DNA of 60,984 bases, filler included. It is 7 parts of 7 records of this genome, joined end to end, with 100 filler letters (N's around TTAATTAATTAA, not from the genome) between each part and the next. Parts side by side here need not be neighbours in the genome. Positions count along the whole stretch, not along the records: positions 1 to 11,508 come from SRR31156797_54987; positions 11,609 to 18,963 come from SRR31156797_55003; positions 19,064 to 29,603 come from SRR31156797_55009; 4 more parts are not named here. One strand, given 5' to 3'. Position 1 is the first letter of the stretch. Each line of letters opens with the position of its first letter. Positions 9,901-19,359 of this stretch are shown here, one piece after another. Made by a program: the position numbers and the translations under genes. The notes under the pieces were generated by a model that searched no databases, was not told where the DNA came from, and was given only the letters and a program-made list of their open reading frames with translations.

Positions 9901-10468
9901 CTTTAAGGCGGAGGCCCACGAAATGGCGGGAGATACGAAAAGTGCGCGTGACTCAATATCGCAAACCAAGGAAATCTATAAGAAGCAACCCAATATGGTG
10001 CTATGTGGATATGTGGCCCCTTATCTGACTGCACGTTTCTTAGTTAATCTTAACCAATTAGAACATGCAGTCTGTTCAGAGAATTCCTCGGAAATAACGA
10101 ATCTTCAAAAATGCGCTTATGAGGCCGGAAAAGCAGCAGTACAGAATTCTAAAAAATATGCACCCTACAGAACAAAAACCTTAAGATTGATGGGCCTCTA
10201 CTACTGGCTCATCGGCAAACAAGAGAAAGCTCTCAAATGGTGGGGCCGAACCATAGAAGAAGGTGAACGACTGGGCGCAAAGCCGGACCTTTCCCGCACG
10301 TACTTCGAGGTGGGAAAGCGATTGCTGGAACCCCAGAGTAAACACACGGAACTCAACGAAATGGCCCCCAAAGCCTACCTGGAAAAAGCCGGAATACTTT
10401 TTGAGGAAATGGGCCTGGAGCGGGATCTGGAGGATCTGGATAGGCTCAGAGCGGATCACGGGTTGTAA
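6935..10468 (+). CDS. zinc-ribbon + class III adenylate/guanylate cyclase + STAND AAA ATPase + TPR protein
   Basis: CPKC..CLKC; cyclase 'LFSDLTGYT', 'EKYAGDG', 'INVAARL'; Walker A GEPGVGKS; Walker B 'VMEDLHWAD'; 'GGNPFF'; C-terminal helical repeats. Confidence 0.93.
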   Translation: MKCPKCQTELPESANFCLKCGHGLNIEEQPPGFTVTPDAERKRVTALFSDLTGYTAMTERLDPEEVKEITVRIFDEVKTVVRKYEGFIEKYAGDGVLALFGVPKAHEDDPIRAIRAAREIHALVEDLSPRYKVKVGRSLSMHSGVNTGLVVTADVNPEKGTHGVTGEAINVAARLSGLAGARDILVGPDTYRASQSHFSFQPLKPAKVKGKSEHISIYKLLSGNTPTARVSQEMQVSSEMVGRDQELAKLELHILKAVNGQGSVVNVFGEPGVGKSRLLAELRQRDVISRVSFLEGRSISIGKNLSFHPIIDLFKQWARIKEDDTQAEASNKLEIAIRRVCGDETDEVFPFVATLMGMKLSGKHSQRVEGMEGEALEKLILKNVRELLIRSAARIPIVIVMEDLHWADTTSLELLESVFRLTQAHRVVFINVFRPGYWQGDDRKVETLSEWLPDADFVEVAIKPLDRQSGEALVNNMLQVKGLPFAVKQQIVDRSGGNPFFMEEVVRSLMDEGAIVKTNGAFEVTEKIDRVVIPTTINDVLTARIDRLEKQTRGLIKVASVIGRSFFDRILKDVADSIEGIDERLAHLKEVQFIRDRTRMEELEHLFKHALAQEAAYESTLLQQRKAIHYKVAQSIEKVFEERLHEFYGMLAFHYNKAEDMEKSEEYMTKAGEEALRSSASSEALHYFQEALQLYNAKYGDNADPAKLANFEKNIAIALHNKGQWSESVSHFDKVLKRWGTPLPKKGLFGMVKLSWDLLAMMKMIYLKFPNSNRIPEGRDKEIFELYYKMGTALAYFDNTRQFQVVMAILKHVTRFDLSKIPKVSGFLASFAAIFSLTGLSFKLSNRLLEVSQRYRVEENVWDRMQYDCFGTMIQHCQGSWGKIRDLNEDLLNSSLRIGDYWHVPNYLWCFGLIKGEQGDFEYLMNVIDKLHEIGEAYDNPLPIRQARMLKTDYLLRSRNVHRALEEAEQGITYYQENGLELQVIFFSGFKAEAHEMAGDTKSARDSISQTKEIYKKQPNMVLCGYVAPYLTARFLVNLNQLEHAVCSENSSEITNLQKCAYEAGKAAVQNSKKYAPYRTKTLRLMGLYYWLIGKQEKALKWWGRTIEEGERLGAKPDLSRTYFEVGKRLLEPQSKHTELNEMAPKAYLEKAGILFEEMGLERDLEDLDRLRADHGL

Positions 10469-10594
10469 AAATGGCGGTAGATGGTTATTTTTCTCTTTCA
10501 ACCAATTTATGATTCCTGCCGCCTGCAGGTGAAGCGTAGCGTTCGTTTTTTAAAAGAAGCCCTGTGGCATAGAGGAGAAAATATCAGGAGGGAT

Positions 10595-10804
10595 ATGATG
10601 AAAGAATTCAGCGTAATAATTGAAAGGGATGAAGACGGTTTTTTCGTTGCCTCCGTTCCCGCACTCCGTGGTTGTCATACTCAGGCGAAATCTCTTGATA
10701 CATTAATGAAGAGAATAAAAGAAGCAATTGAACTTTGCCTTGAGGTGGAAAAGCCCATATCCAATGAATTTATTGGCATTCAAAAAGTGGCAATTAACGC
10801 ATGA
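10595..10804 (+). CDS. hicB: HicB-family antitoxin (short form)
   Basis: 'FSVIIERDEDGFFVASVPALRGCHTQAKSLD...IKEAIELCL'; RBS AGGAGG. Confidence 0.9.
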   Translation: MMKEFSVIIERDEDGFFVASVPALRGCHTQAKSLDTLMKRIKEAIELCLEVEKPISNEFIGIQKVAINA

Positions 10805-11025
10805 CCACATTCCCTGCAATAACGGGTAGCCGCCTTATCCGCACTCTGGGTAAATTCGGATTCGAAGTAATCCGTAAAAAAGGGAGTCATCATTTCCTGC
10901 AACACAAAGATGGTCGATGCTCAGTTGTTCCCATGCACCGTGGTGAGACAATTGGCCGTGGGCTTCTTTCCCAGATCTTACGAGATTGTGAAATCACAAG
11001 GGATGAATTACAAAAGAGACTTTAA
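10801..11025 (+). CDS. hicA: HicA-family toxin
   Basis: 'GFEVIRKKGSHHFLQH..G...VVPMH.G..IGRGLL..IL'; ATGA overlap with hicB. Confidence 0.92.
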   Translation: MTTFPAITGSRLIRTLGKFGFEVIRKKGSHHFLQHKDGRCSVVPMHRGETIGRGLLSQILRDCEITRDELQKRL

Positions 11026-11026
11026 G

Positions 11027-11089
11027 CGAATAACCTTCGAATGGGAAGACGGTGATGCATTGAAGATTGATATCGAGCAATATCATTGA
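11027..11089 (+). pseudogene. C-terminal remnant of HigB/RelE-type (plasmid maintenance killer) toxin
   Basis: Hand translation RITFEWEDGDALKIDIEQYH*, the typical end of this toxin family, 9 nt before higA; no start codon. Confidence 0.75.
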
Positions 11090-11098
11090 GGTAAAACC

Positions 11099-11428
11099 AT
11101 GGAAGAATATTTAGTCAGTCGCCCGTTAAAAAGACCACCGGTTCATCCGGGTGAGATTTTCCGGGAAGACGTTCTTAAGAGCCTTGACCTGTCGGTTAGC
11201 GAAGCCGCGAGGCGACTCGGGGTTTCCCGCCAGCAACTTCACCGCATATTGGCCTGTACCCATCCCATTACAATCGAAATGGCGCTTCGTATAGGGAAAT
11301 TTGCAGGTAATGGGCTGGGGCTCTGGCTGCGCATGCAGCAAGCTCATGACTTATGGCATGCAGAGAGCAACATGGCTGAAGAACTTTTGAAAATAGACAC
11401 TGTTGCATCAAATAGACCCGACGCGTGA
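11099..11428 (+). CDS. higA: HigA-family antitoxin (HTH)
   Basis: 'PVHPGEIFRED...SVSEAARRLGVSRQQL...ITIEMALRIG...WLRMQQAHDLW'. Confidence 0.92.
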   Translation: MEEYLVSRPLKRPPVHPGEIFREDVLKSLDLSVSEAARRLGVSRQQLHRILACTHPITIEMALRIGKFAGNGLGLWLRMQQAHDLWHAESNMAEELLKIDTVASNRPDA

Positions 11429-11508
11429 ACAACCCCTTCCGTGAACTAAATATCAATATCCGACACCCGGTGAAATTTTGGCTCATCGCGGATTAACGTG
11501 AAAATTAC

Positions 11509-11608
11509 NNNNNNNNNNNNNNNNNNNNNNNNNNNNNNNNNNNNNNNNNNNNTTAATTAATTAANNNNNNNNNNNNNNNNNNNNNNNNNNNNNNNNNNNN
11601 NNNNNNNN
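11509..11608. other. artificial contig linker
   Basis: N44-TTAATTAATTAA-N44; stops in all six frames. Confidence 0.99.
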
Positions 11609-11629
11609 CCAGGTGGCGATTTTGATCAC
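11609..11629 (-). CDS. xth: first codons of probable exodeoxyribonuclease III (truncated by contig end)
   Basis: GTG ATC AAA ATC GCC ACC TGG = MIKIATW, matching the Xth start 'KIATWNVNS'; synteny with erpA-dgt-argS in Alphaproteobacteria. Confidence 0.55.
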
Positions 11630-11782
11630 GTTTTCTCTCTTGTCATGCCAATCGCCGAGGGTAAAGGGGTTTGATACCGGTTTGGCAACGGAAAATTGCG
11701 GTTGAAGCCTTTTGGTAGGCAGGGGCTGTATGGCTTAAGTGCATGAAATATAACAAAACATTATGATATCAAAGGTGAAACC

Positions 11783-11812
11783 GTCGTCATTTGTCGTCAT
11801 TTGTCGGCATTT
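11783..11812. repeat. three tandem 10-bp direct repeats GTCGTCATTT
   Basis: GTCGTCATTT GTCGTCATTT GTCGGCATTT read directly. Confidence 0.8.
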
Positions 11813-11967
11813 TCAGACATCACAATTATCAAACAGCCGGATCAGACAGGGTAGACCGCCAAGGTTCCCAGGGCCGATGACAGACAACCACAGGATAAGA
11901 AAATATGCCAATTTATTGCCCAGGCAAGGCCTGCCGTCGGGATTGTCCGTAACATACCGCCACAAGC

Positions 11968-14820
11968 CTAGTCGTCTTTGGGAGGTTTGACAGCGGCAGG
12001 AAGGAGGATGTGAACTTGCGTTCCCTTGCCGAGTTCGCTCTCGATGGTGGCAAGACCACGGGATTGCTTGGCAAACCCGTAAATCATGCTGAGGCCAAGA
12101 CCGTTTCCCTGTCCGACTTCGCGGGTTGTGAAAAAGGGTTCGAATGCCTTCTCGACGGATTCCTGGGGCATGCCGCATCCATCGTCAATCAGGGAGATTT
12201 CCAAATACTCGCCGACCGGCAGTATTCCATCTTCGGCGAGGATTTCCTGATCCAACTGTTTCCGTTTGACACGAACCGTAAAGGTGCCGGCAACCTCAAT
12301 CGCCTGGCGGGCGTTCATGGCTGCGTTCAGAATGGCGTTTTCGAATGCGTTCGGATCGACGGTAATGGGTGAGAGGTCTTTGTCGAACTCCGTTTGGATC
12401 TCGATATGTTCGTCGAGTATCCGCTCCAACATTTCCATCATTCCACCGACAAGCGATACCGGATCGAGTGTTTCTGCACGCAACGACTGTTCGCGGGAAA
12501 ATGTCAGCAGTTTCTGCGTCAGTTTCGACCCGCGATCGGCCGCCTCCATGGCATTGGCCAAAACCCCTGAAATCGCCGTGTGATCGGCATCGTCGCTTTG
12601 CAGATGAAGCCGCGCAAGATCGACGGTCGCAAAAATAATTTGCAGAAGATTGTTGAAGTCGTGGGCGATACCGGCAGCGAGCCGGCCGACCGATTCGAGC
12701 TTTTGCGCCTGAAGGAGCTGACGCTCCATTTCCCTTAGACTGGTTACGTCGGTGTGGCGTCCGGTAAATCGGATTATCCGTCCGTCGGCATCGCGTTCGG
12801 CAAAAGCGTGTGCCCGCACCGTCAAATAGTGCCCATCCTTGTGGCGAAGGCGAAACTCCTGCTCGTAGCGTATTTCCGAGCTTTTGAAAAAATCCTCGAT
12901 AAACCGCGAAACCCGATCCTTGTCTTCGGGATGAAGCAATCCGGGGAAGGGATCTTCGTTGTTTCCGAAATCATGATCCTCGTAGCCCAGCATGTTTTTC
13001 CAACGCGGCGACAAGAACAGTTCTTCGGTCTCGGCGATCCAATCCCAAAGGCCGTCTTCGGTTGAACGCAGCGCCAGATCGAACCGCCGTTCGCTTTTTT
13101 TCAACGCCAGTTCGGAGCGTTTTCTCTCGGTGATATCGACACCAAGACAGGTCACTTCGACAATCCTGCCTGTGGGATCCTTGGTCGGAACATTGGACCA
13201 AGAAACAGTCAGTCGCCGACCGTCCCGAGTGAGGATGTCGTTTTCGTACGATGTAAACGGTTTTGAATCGCCTTCATCGACGGTTCTTTGAAAAAACCCA
13301 GTAATATCGGATTTGTTTGAAAACGGGACGAAGGTGGCGAACCAGTCTTTGCCGAGTATCTCCCCGGCGGAATAATCAGTAATTTTAAGGAAATGATCGT
13401 TGGCAAAGGTTATTCGGCACTTCCGGTCAAGCGAAATGCCGATGAGCGGGATGTTTTCCAGGATCTTCCGGAATTTCAGCTCGGATTCGACCAGAGCGGT
13501 TTCGGCAAGTTTTCTTTCATGGATATCCCGACCGACACCGAGGATCTCTTGCACTTTCCCGTTTTCATCGAGAATGGCCGTATCCTGCCAGGCGAGCCAA
13601 CGCCAACCATAAACAGTGAAAGCACGTTGTTCGATGTAGGCCGTATGGGGTGGTGCATACAGCGCTTCCATGGCCTTGATGGTGGGTTCGCGGTCGTCGT
13701 CGTGGACCAGTGGCATGAAAGTACTGTCAATCAATTCCGTTTCGGTCTTGCCGAACAACCGGCAATAGGATGGGCTGGCGTAAAGAAAACGCCCTTCCAG
13801 GTCGACCTGGACGACAAGGTCCGTTTGATTTTCGACAATTAGCCGGTATTTTTTTTCGGATTCCCTTCTTAACTCCAACTGATCAGCAAGCCCCTGGGTC
13901 CTGTTCCGGACCTGCCGCTGAAGAACGAAAATCCATATGACCGCAAGGAAACCGGCGAAGCCGATGATGCCGAGGAAGAGTCTGACGGTGGTCCAGCGAA
14001 CGCCCGGTTGCTCGATCTTGACCCATTTGGCCCAGATTTCACCCCTCTCGCTGGGCGAGATCGAGTCCAAGCCTTTTTGGAGAATGCTATTGAGCAACGG
14101 CCAATCGGATCGGGAGCCAAATCCCAGCCTCCACGTATAGCCGACATCGCCGACCACATGCAGATTGGTTATCCCAATCTGGCTGAGCCTGTATGAGACA
14201 ACCGCCATGTTCGAAATCAAAGCATCGACTTCGCCGACGGAAAGGGCTCTAAGGCCGGATATCGCATTCTTGACTTCAAGGATCTGGATATCCGGGTTTG
14301 TTTTCGACACATAATCGACGGTCGCATACCCTTCCACGATGGCGACTTTTCGGCCGCTCAGATCTTTCAGATCAACGGCTTCGGCCGCCCCGGTCCGCAT
14401 CAATATAACCGTCGGAAGGTGTAGATAGGGGGTCGTAAAACTAAGGAATTTCCTGCGTTTCTCTGTATTCTGAACGTTTTCAACGACGTCGACTTCGGCG
14501 TTTTTGACAGCCCGTAGAATATCGGCCCAGTTGTCTTTCCAGACAATCTTGAAACGAAACCCGAGGCGTTCCTGTATCAGTTCGATATAGTCCGATGAAA
14601 TACCGCGATGGACTCCGTCATCATCCCTGAAACCCATCGGCGGAAAATCTGTGTCGGGAGCATATCTGATTTCGCCGTCGTGTTCCGACAACCACGCCCG
14701 TTCTTCCGGAGTTAAAATATCGGCGCGCACCGATGTCGTGCCGACGAACACTGCCAGCAAGACGAGTGTCGCCATACCAAAAACAGAAAGGAAACGGAAA
14801 GACATTGAAGCCATGGGCAA
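11968..14820 (-). CDS. membrane sensor histidine kinase (periplasmic binding domain, 3 PAS, HisKA, HATPase)
   Basis: Signal/TM, 'LTPEERAWL' PBPb domain, PAS/PAC 'GRDIHERK'/'DITERK', H-box 'GIAHDFNNLL', 'FEPFFTT', 'GNGLGLS'; no receiver domain. Confidence 0.93.
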   Translation of the reverse strand: MPMASMSFRFLSVFGMATLVLLAVFVGTTSVRADILTPEERAWLSEHDGEIRYAPDTDFPPMGFRDDDGVHRGISSDYIELIQERLGFRFKIVWKDNWADILRAVKNAEVDVVENVQNTEKRRKFLSFTTPYLHLPTVILMRTGAAEAVDLKDLSGRKVAIVEGYATVDYVSKTNPDIQILEVKNAISGLRALSVGEVDALISNMAVVSYRLSQIGITNLHVVGDVGYTWRLGFGSRSDWPLLNSILQKGLDSISPSERGEIWAKWVKIEQPGVRWTTVRLFLGIIGFAGFLAVIWIFVLQRQVRNRTQGLADQLELRRESEKKYRLIVENQTDLVVQVDLEGRFLYASPSYCRLFGKTETELIDSTFMPLVHDDDREPTIKAMEALYAPPHTAYIEQRAFTVYGWRWLAWQDTAILDENGKVQEILGVGRDIHERKLAETALVESELKFRKILENIPLIGISLDRKCRITFANDHFLKITDYSAGEILGKDWFATFVPFSNKSDITGFFQRTVDEGDSKPFTSYENDILTRDGRRLTVSWSNVPTKDPTGRIVEVTCLGVDITERKRSELALKKSERRFDLALRSTEDGLWDWIAETEELFLSPRWKNMLGYEDHDFGNNEDPFPGLLHPEDKDRVSRFIEDFFKSSEIRYEQEFRLRHKDGHYLTVRAHAFAERDADGRIIRFTGRHTDVTSLREMERQLLQAQKLESVGRLAAGIAHDFNNLLQIIFATVDLARLHLQSDDADHTAISGVLANAMEAADRGSKLTQKLLTFSREQSLRAETLDPVSLVGGMMEMLERILDEHIEIQTEFDKDLSPITVDPNAFENAILNAAMNARQAIEVAGTFTVRVKRKQLDQEILAEDGILPVGEYLEISLIDDGCGMPQESVEKAFEPFFTTREVGQGNGLGLSMIYGFAKQSRGLATIESELGKGTQVHILLPAAVKPPKDD

Positions 14821-14902
14821 GCGTTAGCACAACCTCCTTCGAGAGGTCGCCCCCATGCTCCCACTCCTGCCGGAAATACTAAAGCATGCAGACTAATTTA
14901 AG

Positions 14903-15259
14903 CTAGATCGAAAATGAAGTCCCACATCCACAGGTAGATGCAGCGTTGGGATTATCGAGTTTAAAAAACGCCCCCATCAAATCGTTGACGAATTCCAATC
15001 GCGCGCCGTTCAAAAGATCAAGCGACACGTCGTCGACGACAACCTGAACCCCATTCTCTTTAAAAATGACATCGTCTTCGCCGACCTGACGGTCCAAGGA
15101 AAAACCGTAAGAAAATCCCGAACATCCGCCGCCAGAAACGGAAATACGCAGCATCAGGCAATCATCGCCCTCCGTAGCGGCCAATTCGGTAATGCGTTTG
15201 GCGGCGCTATCGTCGATTTCGATCCTTCGTTCCGTCGTAATAACGGGTGTATCCGGCAT
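14903..15259 (-). CDS. erpA: A-type Fe-S carrier protein
   Basis: 'GGGCSGFSY' and 'NPNAASTCGCGTSF'. Confidence 0.92.
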   Translation of the reverse strand: MPDTPVITTERRIEIDDSAAKRITELAATEGDDCLMLRISVSGGGCSGFSYGFSLDRQVGEDDVIFKENGVQVVVDDVSLDLLNGARLEFVNDLMGAFFKLDNPNAASTCGCGTSFSI

Positions 15260-15408
15260 TTCTGGCTCCTAGGCCCATTCGAACGATGCCGAATGGGATG
15301 ACGATGAGGTTCTGACAATATTTAGTCGCCGATTTCCGTTTTTCAAATACAGGTTTTGCAAACGATACCCCGTTGCCTCCAGCCCTGGCCGCCTGTACCT
15401 TGCGCGCC

Positions 15409-16590
15409 ATGCGATCAAGCCAATCCATTGCGCCATACGCCTGCACACCGGAAGGCAGCCGCGGCCGCCTGCATGCGGAACCGGAAAGCAAGACGCGCAC
15501 CTGCTTTCAACGCGACCGCGACCGCATCATCCATTCGGCGGCATTCAGGCGCCTTGAATACAAGACCCAGGTTTTCGTCAACCACGAGGGCGATTTTTTT
15601 CGCACTCGCTTGACCCACAGCCTCGAGGTCTCGCAGATCGCGCGTTCCGTATGCCGGAGCCTGAACCTGAACGAGGATCTGGCCGAAGCGCTGGCATTGG
15701 CGCACGACCTCGGTCATCCACCGTTCGGCCACGCCGGTGAAGATGCCTTGAAGGAAGTGATGACCCCCTTTGGCGGGTTCGATCACAACGGCCAGTCGTT
15801 GCGCGTGATCACCAAGCTTGAGGAACGCTATGCCGATTTTCACGGTCTTAACCTGACCTGGGAAACGCTGGAAGGCGTGGTCAAACACAACGGGCCGCTG
15901 ACAGGGCCTTCCGGCGAGGGGACGGTGCCGCGGGCGATCGCGGAATATGTCGCCGAACAGGACCTGGAACTGGACACCTTCGCCAGCGCCGAAGCACAGG
16001 TTGCGGCCATATCGGACGACATCGCCTACAACAACCATGATATCGACGACGGCCTGCGCGCCGGGCTGTTCAATGTCGACGACCTGTCCGACGTGCCGTT
16101 GGTCGGCCCCATCTTCGCCGAGGTCCGCAAGAACTACCCTGACCTGGACGAATCGCGAATGATCCATGAGGCGGTGCGCCGGATGATCGGCGCCATGGTC
16201 GACGACCTGCTTGCGGAAACCGAGCGACGCATTGCTTCGGCTCATCCCGGCAGCGCCGACGCCGTCCGAAACCTATCGGGACCGGTGGCGGGCTTTTCAA
16301 AATCCATGGCCGCCAACGACGCCGCGCTGAAAGCATTTTTGTTCGACAACATGTACCGGCATTACAAACTGAACCGCATGACCAGCAAGGCGAGGCGGGT
16401 GGCCAGGGACCTGTTCAATCTTTTGATCGCGGAACCGGAGTGCCTGCCGACCGAATGGCGGCAAAACGCCGGCAAACCGAACACCGAGGCAACGGCGCAA
16501 CTTGTGGCAGACTACATTGCAGGCATGACCGACCGTCACGCCCTTGACGAACACAGGAGACTTTTCGACGTGCAGGCAAGGACCTCATGA
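15409..16590 (+). CDS. dgt: deoxyguanosinetriphosphate triphosphohydrolase
   Basis: '[24 protein letters not shown]', '[10 protein letters not shown]', HD motif '[14 protein letters not shown]', 'DYIAGMTD'. Confidence 0.95.
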   Translation: MRSSQSIAPYACTPEGSRGRLHAEPESKTRTCFQRDRDRIIHSAAFRRLEYKTQVFVNHEGDFFRTRLTHSLEVSQIARSVCRSLNLNEDLAEALALAHDLGHPPFGHAGEDALKEVMTPFGGFDHNGQSLRVITKLEERYADFHGLNLTWETLEGVVKHNGPLTGPSGEGTVPRAIAEYVAEQDLELDTFASAEAQVAAISDDIAYNNHDIDDGLRAGLFNVDDLSDVPLVGPIFAEVRKNYPDLDESRMIHEAVRRMIGAMVDDLLAETERRIASAHPGSADAVRNLSGPVAGFSKSMAANDAALKAFLFDNMYRHYKLNRMTSKARRVARDLFNLLIAEPECLPTEWRQNAGKPNTEATAQLVADYIAGMTDRHALDEHRRLFDVQARTS

Positions 16591-18392
16591 ATATTTTCCA
16601 GCATTTCAAAGGCCGTTTGGCCGAGGTTCTTGCCGATATGGCGGCAGCCGGCGAATTGCCGGAAGGACTGGCAATAGACCGCATCACGATCGAACCGCCG
16701 CGTGAGGCCGCCCACGGCGATATCACCACCAATGCCGCCATGGTCCTGGCCAAGCCGGCCGGTGCCAAGCCGCGCGACCTTGCGTCCAAACTGACGCCGC
16801 GCCTGGAAGCTTTCGACGAGGTGAAAACAGCCGAAATTGCCGGACCGGGGTTCATCAATCTTCGTCTGGCCGACGATTTCTGGCGGGCTCGCCTTGGCGA
16901 GATTCTGGCGGCCGGTACGGCCTATGGCGATTCAAACATCGGCGGCGGCACCAAGGTCAATGTCGAATATGTTTCGGCCAATCCGACCGGTCCGTTGCAT
17001 GTCGGACATGCCCGCGGCGCCGTGGTCGGCGATGTCCTGGCGGCGTTGCTGGAGAAAGCCGGATTCGACGTTACCCGCGAATATTACATCAACGACGCCG
17101 GCGCCCAGATCGAGGCTTTGGCCTGGTCGGTCTATTACCGGTATCTGAAAGCCATCGGCGCCGAGATCGATGCCGGGGAATTCGCCAAACTGTGCCCCGG
17201 TGGCGAAATGCAGTACGGCGGCGATTATCTGGTGCCGGTCGGCGAGGCCCTGTCGGCCGAGTTCGGCGAAACCCTGGCCGACCGGGACGAGGTTCATGCC
17301 GTGTGGACGGTGAAATCAGACGAACAGTGGCTGCCGGCGGTTCGCGATTTTGTCATCGCCCGCATGATGGATTTGATCCGCGAGGATCTGGCGGCGCTCG
17401 GGGTCAAGCAGTCGGTCTTCACCTCGGAACGCGAACTTGTCGGTCGTGGCGGGGTCGACGAAGTGCTGTCGTTTTTCGATGAACGGAACCTGACATACAC
17501 CGGCGTCCTTGAACCGCCCAAGGGGAAAAAGCTCGAAGATTGGGAACCCAGACCGCAGCTTCTGTTCAAGGCAACGGAATTCGGCGACGATGTCGACCGG
17601 CCGCTGAAAAAATCGGACGGGTCGTGGACATATTTCGCCACCGATATCGCCAATCACCTGGATAAGTTCAGGCGCGGGTTTACCGACATGATCAACGTCT
17701 GGGGCGCCGATCACGGCGGTTACGTTAAACGCATGCAGGCGGCGGTCAAGGCGGTGTCGGAACAGAAAGGCAGCCTCGACGTCAAACTGTGCCAGATGGT
17801 CAATCTGATGGACGGCGGCCAACCGGTGAAAATGTCGAAGCGGGCCGGAACCTTCGTTACCCTGCGCGAGGTCGTCGACGAGGTCGGCAAGGATGTCGTG
17901 CGTTTCATCATGCTGACCCGCAAGAACGACGCCCATCTGGACTTCGATTTGCAGAAAGTGACCGAACAATCGCGGGAGAACCCGGTTTTTTACGTGCAAT
18001 ACGCGCACGCACGCATCCGTTCGGTCATGCGCAAGGCGACCGAGGATATCGGCGCCGAGCCGACGCCGGAAAGCCTTTTGTCGGCTGATCTCGGCCTCTT
18101 GACCGACCCCGACGAGCTTGCTTTGATCAAGACCATGGCGGCATGGCCTCGACTGATCGAAGGCGCCGCCGAATCCCACGAACCGCATCGTGTCGCCTAT
18201 TATCTCTATGAACTGGCGGCACAGTTTCATACCCTTTGGAACAAGGGAAACGACGATGCCAGTCTGCGTTTCCTGCTGCCCGGCGAACCGGAATTGACCC
18301 GGGCCAGGCTGGCTATGATTCAGGGGGTTGCCTTTGTCATCGCTTCCGGGCTTATGGTGTTCGGTGTAACGCCGGTTGAGGAGATGCGCTGA
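16587..18392 (+). CDS. argS: arginine--tRNA ligase
   Basis: '[18 protein letters not shown]', 'KMSKRAG', 'YVQYAHAR', terminal 'PVEEMR'. Confidence 0.98.
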   Translation: MNIFQHFKGRLAEVLADMAAAGELPEGLAIDRITIEPPREAAHGDITTNAAMVLAKPAGAKPRDLASKLTPRLEAFDEVKTAEIAGPGFINLRLADDFWRARLGEILAAGTAYGDSNIGGGTKVNVEYVSANPTGPLHVGHARGAVVGDVLAALLEKAGFDVTREYYINDAGAQIEALAWSVYYRYLKAIGAEIDAGEFAKLCPGGEMQYGGDYLVPVGEALSAEFGETLADRDEVHAVWTVKSDEQWLPAVRDFVIARMMDLIREDLAALGVKQSVFTSERELVGRGGVDEVLSFFDERNLTYTGVLEPPKGKKLEDWEPRPQLLFKATEFGDDVDRPLKKSDGSWTYFATDIANHLDKFRRGFTDMINVWGADHGGYVKRMQAAVKAVSEQKGSLDVKLCQMVNLMDGGQPVKMSKRAGTFVTLREVVDEVGKDVVRFIMLTRKNDAHLDFDLQKVTEQSRENPVFYVQYAHARIRSVMRKATEDIGAEPTPESLLSADLGLLTDPDELALIKTMAAWPRLIEGAAESHEPHRVAYYLYELAAQFHTLWNKGNDDASLRFLLPGEPELTRARLAMIQGVAFVIASGLMVFGVTPVEEMR

Positions 18393-18963
18393 TGGCCGCG
18401 GCCGAGGAATGGACGCCGCAAACCGACGAAGACGGTCCGCAGGGGCCGGAATTCGAGCCGATTCTCCCGCTCAAGCCGAAGAAGCGTTGGGGGCTGCGGA
18501 TCGGCGTCCTGGCTGTTTTGCTGCTGGCAGGCGGGACGGGGGCGGCTTGGTATTTATGGGGATCGCAGCTATTTCTCGATCCCGACGCCGATATTCCGAT
18601 GGTGCGGGCCGAAGGCGGTCCGATCAAAGTCCGGCCGGCATCACCCGGCGGCATGGATGTGCCGGATCGCGACAAACTGGTATACGACCGGCTTGAAGGC
18701 AATGGTGAACGCCCGACCGTCGAACGCCTGCTGCCGACGCCGGAAATTCCGATGGCACGACCCGAACCGGCACCGGAACCGCCGGTGGCGCAGGCACCAA
18801 CCCAGGCGCCGCAAAAGAGTGAACCCGAGGTCGTCGCGGCGATTCCCGAATCCGGGAAACCTGCCGAAACCGCGTCCGTGCCTGCCGCCCCGGCACCGCC
18901 ACCACCACCGGCACCGACCGACAGTCTGGCAGCGAAACCGGCAGGCCAGGCCGAAACGCCGCC
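18392..18963 (+). CDS. SPOR-domain cell division protein, N-terminal part (truncated)
   Basis: TM helix, 'PIKVRPASPGGMDVPDRDKLVYDR', Pro-rich linker; usual position after argS. Confidence 0.8.
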
Positions 18964-19063
18964 NNNNNNNNNNNNNNNNNNNNNNNNNNNNNNNNNNNNN
19001 NNNNNNNTTAATTAATTAANNNNNNNNNNNNNNNNNNNNNNNNNNNNNNNNNNNNNNNNNNNN
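18964..19063. other. artificial contig linker
   Basis: N44-TTAATTAATTAA-N44. Confidence 0.99.
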
Positions 19064-19359
19064 CTTTCCCGTGGGGAGCGAGAACCTTTAACCAAAAGCT
19101 TATAATTCTAAATAACTGAAACCGTTTCAAGTTGTACGCTTTTTTTACCTGCTTCCACGAGCCGATTACGAGGATAGGAAGTTATAACTATTTTTTTAGG
19201 CAATAGATGGAAATTTTTCCATGTAGGGAGTTTTCGCTTTAGAAAAACCATGAACCGGGATTAAAGAGAATAAGGTATTTCACACTCGATCGCTCAATAC
19301 TTTTGCCCATTTATTGGAAATAATAAATTAAATTCCATTCTTTTAATTTGGAGAATAAA

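Noticed and set aside
11683-11700. TGGCAAC...TTGC as a sigma-54 promoter
   Set aside because: GG-GC spacing is two bases too long and no plus-strand gene follows.
15409-16590. dGTPase as an anti-phage nucleotide-depletion gene
   Set aside because: It sits in the conserved housekeeping erpA-dgt-argS cluster.
18760-18963. Repetitive CCG/GCA-rich DNA
   Set aside because: Encodes the Pro/Ala linker of the SPOR protein.
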